Assembly (NCBI RefSeq): GCF_023055435.1
Contig: NW_025964383.1
Coordinates: 37,386,001 to 37,450,000 of the forward strand
Reading direction: 5' to 3'
Origin: Haliotis rufescens
Taxonomy: Eukaryota
Length of the DNA stretch: 64,000 nucleotides
Part shown: in pieces, positions 62,214-64,000 of the stretch
How the letters are laid out: each line of letters begins with the position of its first letter
Numbering within the stretch: the stretch's first letter is position 1
The notes under the pieces: model-generated
Told to the model about the DNA's origin: nothing
The model's database searches: none
The model's input: only the letters and a program-made list of their open reading frames with translations
Position numbers and translations under genes: made by a program

Positions 62214-63264
62214 GGAGTAAAGGTTTTTCTCGTCAGTCTTCTCTGGCATACATTAGTATGCATTGTGATTCTACCCAAAAGGTGTATAATGCACGCTGGG
62301 CTATTTTCACGAAGTGGTGTTGCAAACATCACATTCATTCGCCAGATAAGGTATCTGTGCAGGACGTTGATCGTTTCATGTCTCACTTATGAGAGACCCG
62401 GAAACTCTCTGGGGGTTCCATTGCCAACTACTCTCTTCTGTTGCTACGGTACGGGACGTTGCTATGGGTACCAGTCTCTCAAAAGAGCCGGTGATTCGGG
62501 GTATTATCAAGAGTTTCAAACAGCAAGATCTTAAGAAAGGCCGCCTTCGGGCTACGGCCTGGGATCTTTCCTTAGTGTTGAAATAACTTATGGAAGCTCC
62601 GTATGAATCCTTGAGTAGTGCTTCGTTTTGGCATGTGACTTGGAAAACAGCATTTCTCCTCTCCTTTGCCACGGCGGCACGAGTGTCTGAGATTCATGCA
62701 CTCGATGTCACTAAAGTACGATTCGATAGGGGCGATGAAGGAGCGGTCCGCCTGGGCCTGCTCATGGGCTTCGTTGCTAAGAATAAAAAACTTGGCCAAA
62801 CGGAGAGAAAATTCACTGTAAGATCACTCAAGGAAATCTTGCATCCTGCTGATACTGAGGACATATCACTGTGTCCGGTTAGGGCCCTTAAGTATTATCT
62901 TAAGGCTTCAAATGAACGCAGACAAGGGTGTGACCGTCTGTTCATATCGTGTAACCCTAATCAGACTGCTGACATAACTCGCAACTCGATTGCGTTATGG
63001 CTTCGTTCTGTCATCAATCTGGCGTACCGGTCTCGGGGGATACCGGTTGCAGGGTCAAAGCCGCACAAGAACAGGACGCTAGCGGCAACATTTGCCCTAC
63101 ACTCAAATATAAGGGGTGTGCCCAGCGCAATTCCGAACTCCTCAGGCGTCAGACCTTGCACGGTGGTCAATCTGGGTGGACTCCAATGTTCCCACTGCCG
63201 TGTGTACAGGAGTGAGGGTCCCGCAAACCAGCGCACTCACACCACAGGTGAGGGCGGCTTTTAG
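62189..63264 (+). pseudogene. DIRS tyrosine recombinase (SAM-like N-domain + catalytic domain), frameshifted
   Basis: STQKVYNARWAIFTKWC; WDLSLVL; KTAFLLSFATAARVSEIHAL; LCPVRALKYYL; PHKNR at the HxxR position. The C-terminus is lost. Confidence 0.88.
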
Positions 63265-64000
63265 TGTGTTTTGTCCTTATTTGTATTTTGACAATTATGT
63301 ATTTTTATTGTCTGTCGTGTATTCCAACCTTGTAATGCATGCTTACAAATACTGGAATTAGGTCACGCGCCTAATGCATACTTGAAGTAGGCTTGCTGTG
63401 GGATATACGGTCCGAATGAAATTAATTTCCCTCTTTCCGACTGTTTAACCTGATCTAAGATTTAGCTCACACGGATACTGTGTTCTCATCCGCTGCGGCG
63501 ATGAAATACCTATCCAGTGGGGCCGTTTGGAGTCACCAATCGTTTGGCAATGACGATTGAGCCTTACGGTATGCGCTTGACAGTGCTTTGGTATTCCTAC
63601 AAGGTAACGCCAAGCTAGGAGCATGCGCATTGAGTGTTTCCGCCTTGTTTTTACATCCGCTGGTCGGAAGGAACACGAGCAGTCAGGTTCGGGTTGTAGG
63701 TGCTGCCCACCACCTACTGTGATAATCAGCCTTGGTATAATAAGTGGTAACGTATTACTTCTTGTAATTTGTGGAATTTTCCTATTCGGAATATTCTATA
63801 GTAATACGTTACCACTTTGAGACAGACAAGAGTGAAGGGTGTCACATGGCAGCTGAGATGGCTACGCATGTGCTGCATGAGGTAATTGAGATCTCTGTGG
63901 TAGATTTCGCTATAAAACCAGTTGTGGGAGACAACAACCTTGGTATAACAAGTGGTAACGCATTACTATAGAATATTCCGAATGAGGTAATTCTACAAAA

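Larger units (their letters stand above)
59652..63998 (+). mobile_element. DIRS1-type retrotransposon, copy C (best preserved, internally deleted)
   Basis: ~155-bp left ITR (59652-59805) inverted at 63824-63998, and an ICR at ~63728-63815 complementary to both termini. RT, methyltransferase-like and tyrosine recombinase coding regions lie in the canonical order. Confidence 0.92.

Overview
AT-rich, repeat-dense eukaryotic genomic DNA. The SINE and Helentron-type repeats suggest a mollusc, possibly abalone (inference). The backbone is one very large + strand multi-exon Schlafen-like gene that the ORF track mostly misses. It has an AlbA_2 RNase-fold exon (6580-7757), a SWADL-like linker plus degenerate P-loop exon (19723-20497) and a Walker B exon. 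About 19 small phase-compatible exons follow, running to 59532 and probably beyond the window, and they include an internally duplicated six-exon helical module. The AlbA exon contains an in-frame TAG 40 nt before its splice donor, whereas the 21 downstream exons (2070 nt) are open. In and around the introns are three DIRS1-type retrotransposons with ITR/ICR architecture plus DIRS fragments, a decayed APE-RT LINE with an intact ORF1, and a Helentron-type element carrying a 172-bp satellite. There are also a 12.8-kb (CACTA)n-spaced satellite, several minisatellites, SINEs and a solo-LTR-like insert. All exon calls are manual (GT-AG plus reading-frame logic) and no database searches were run.
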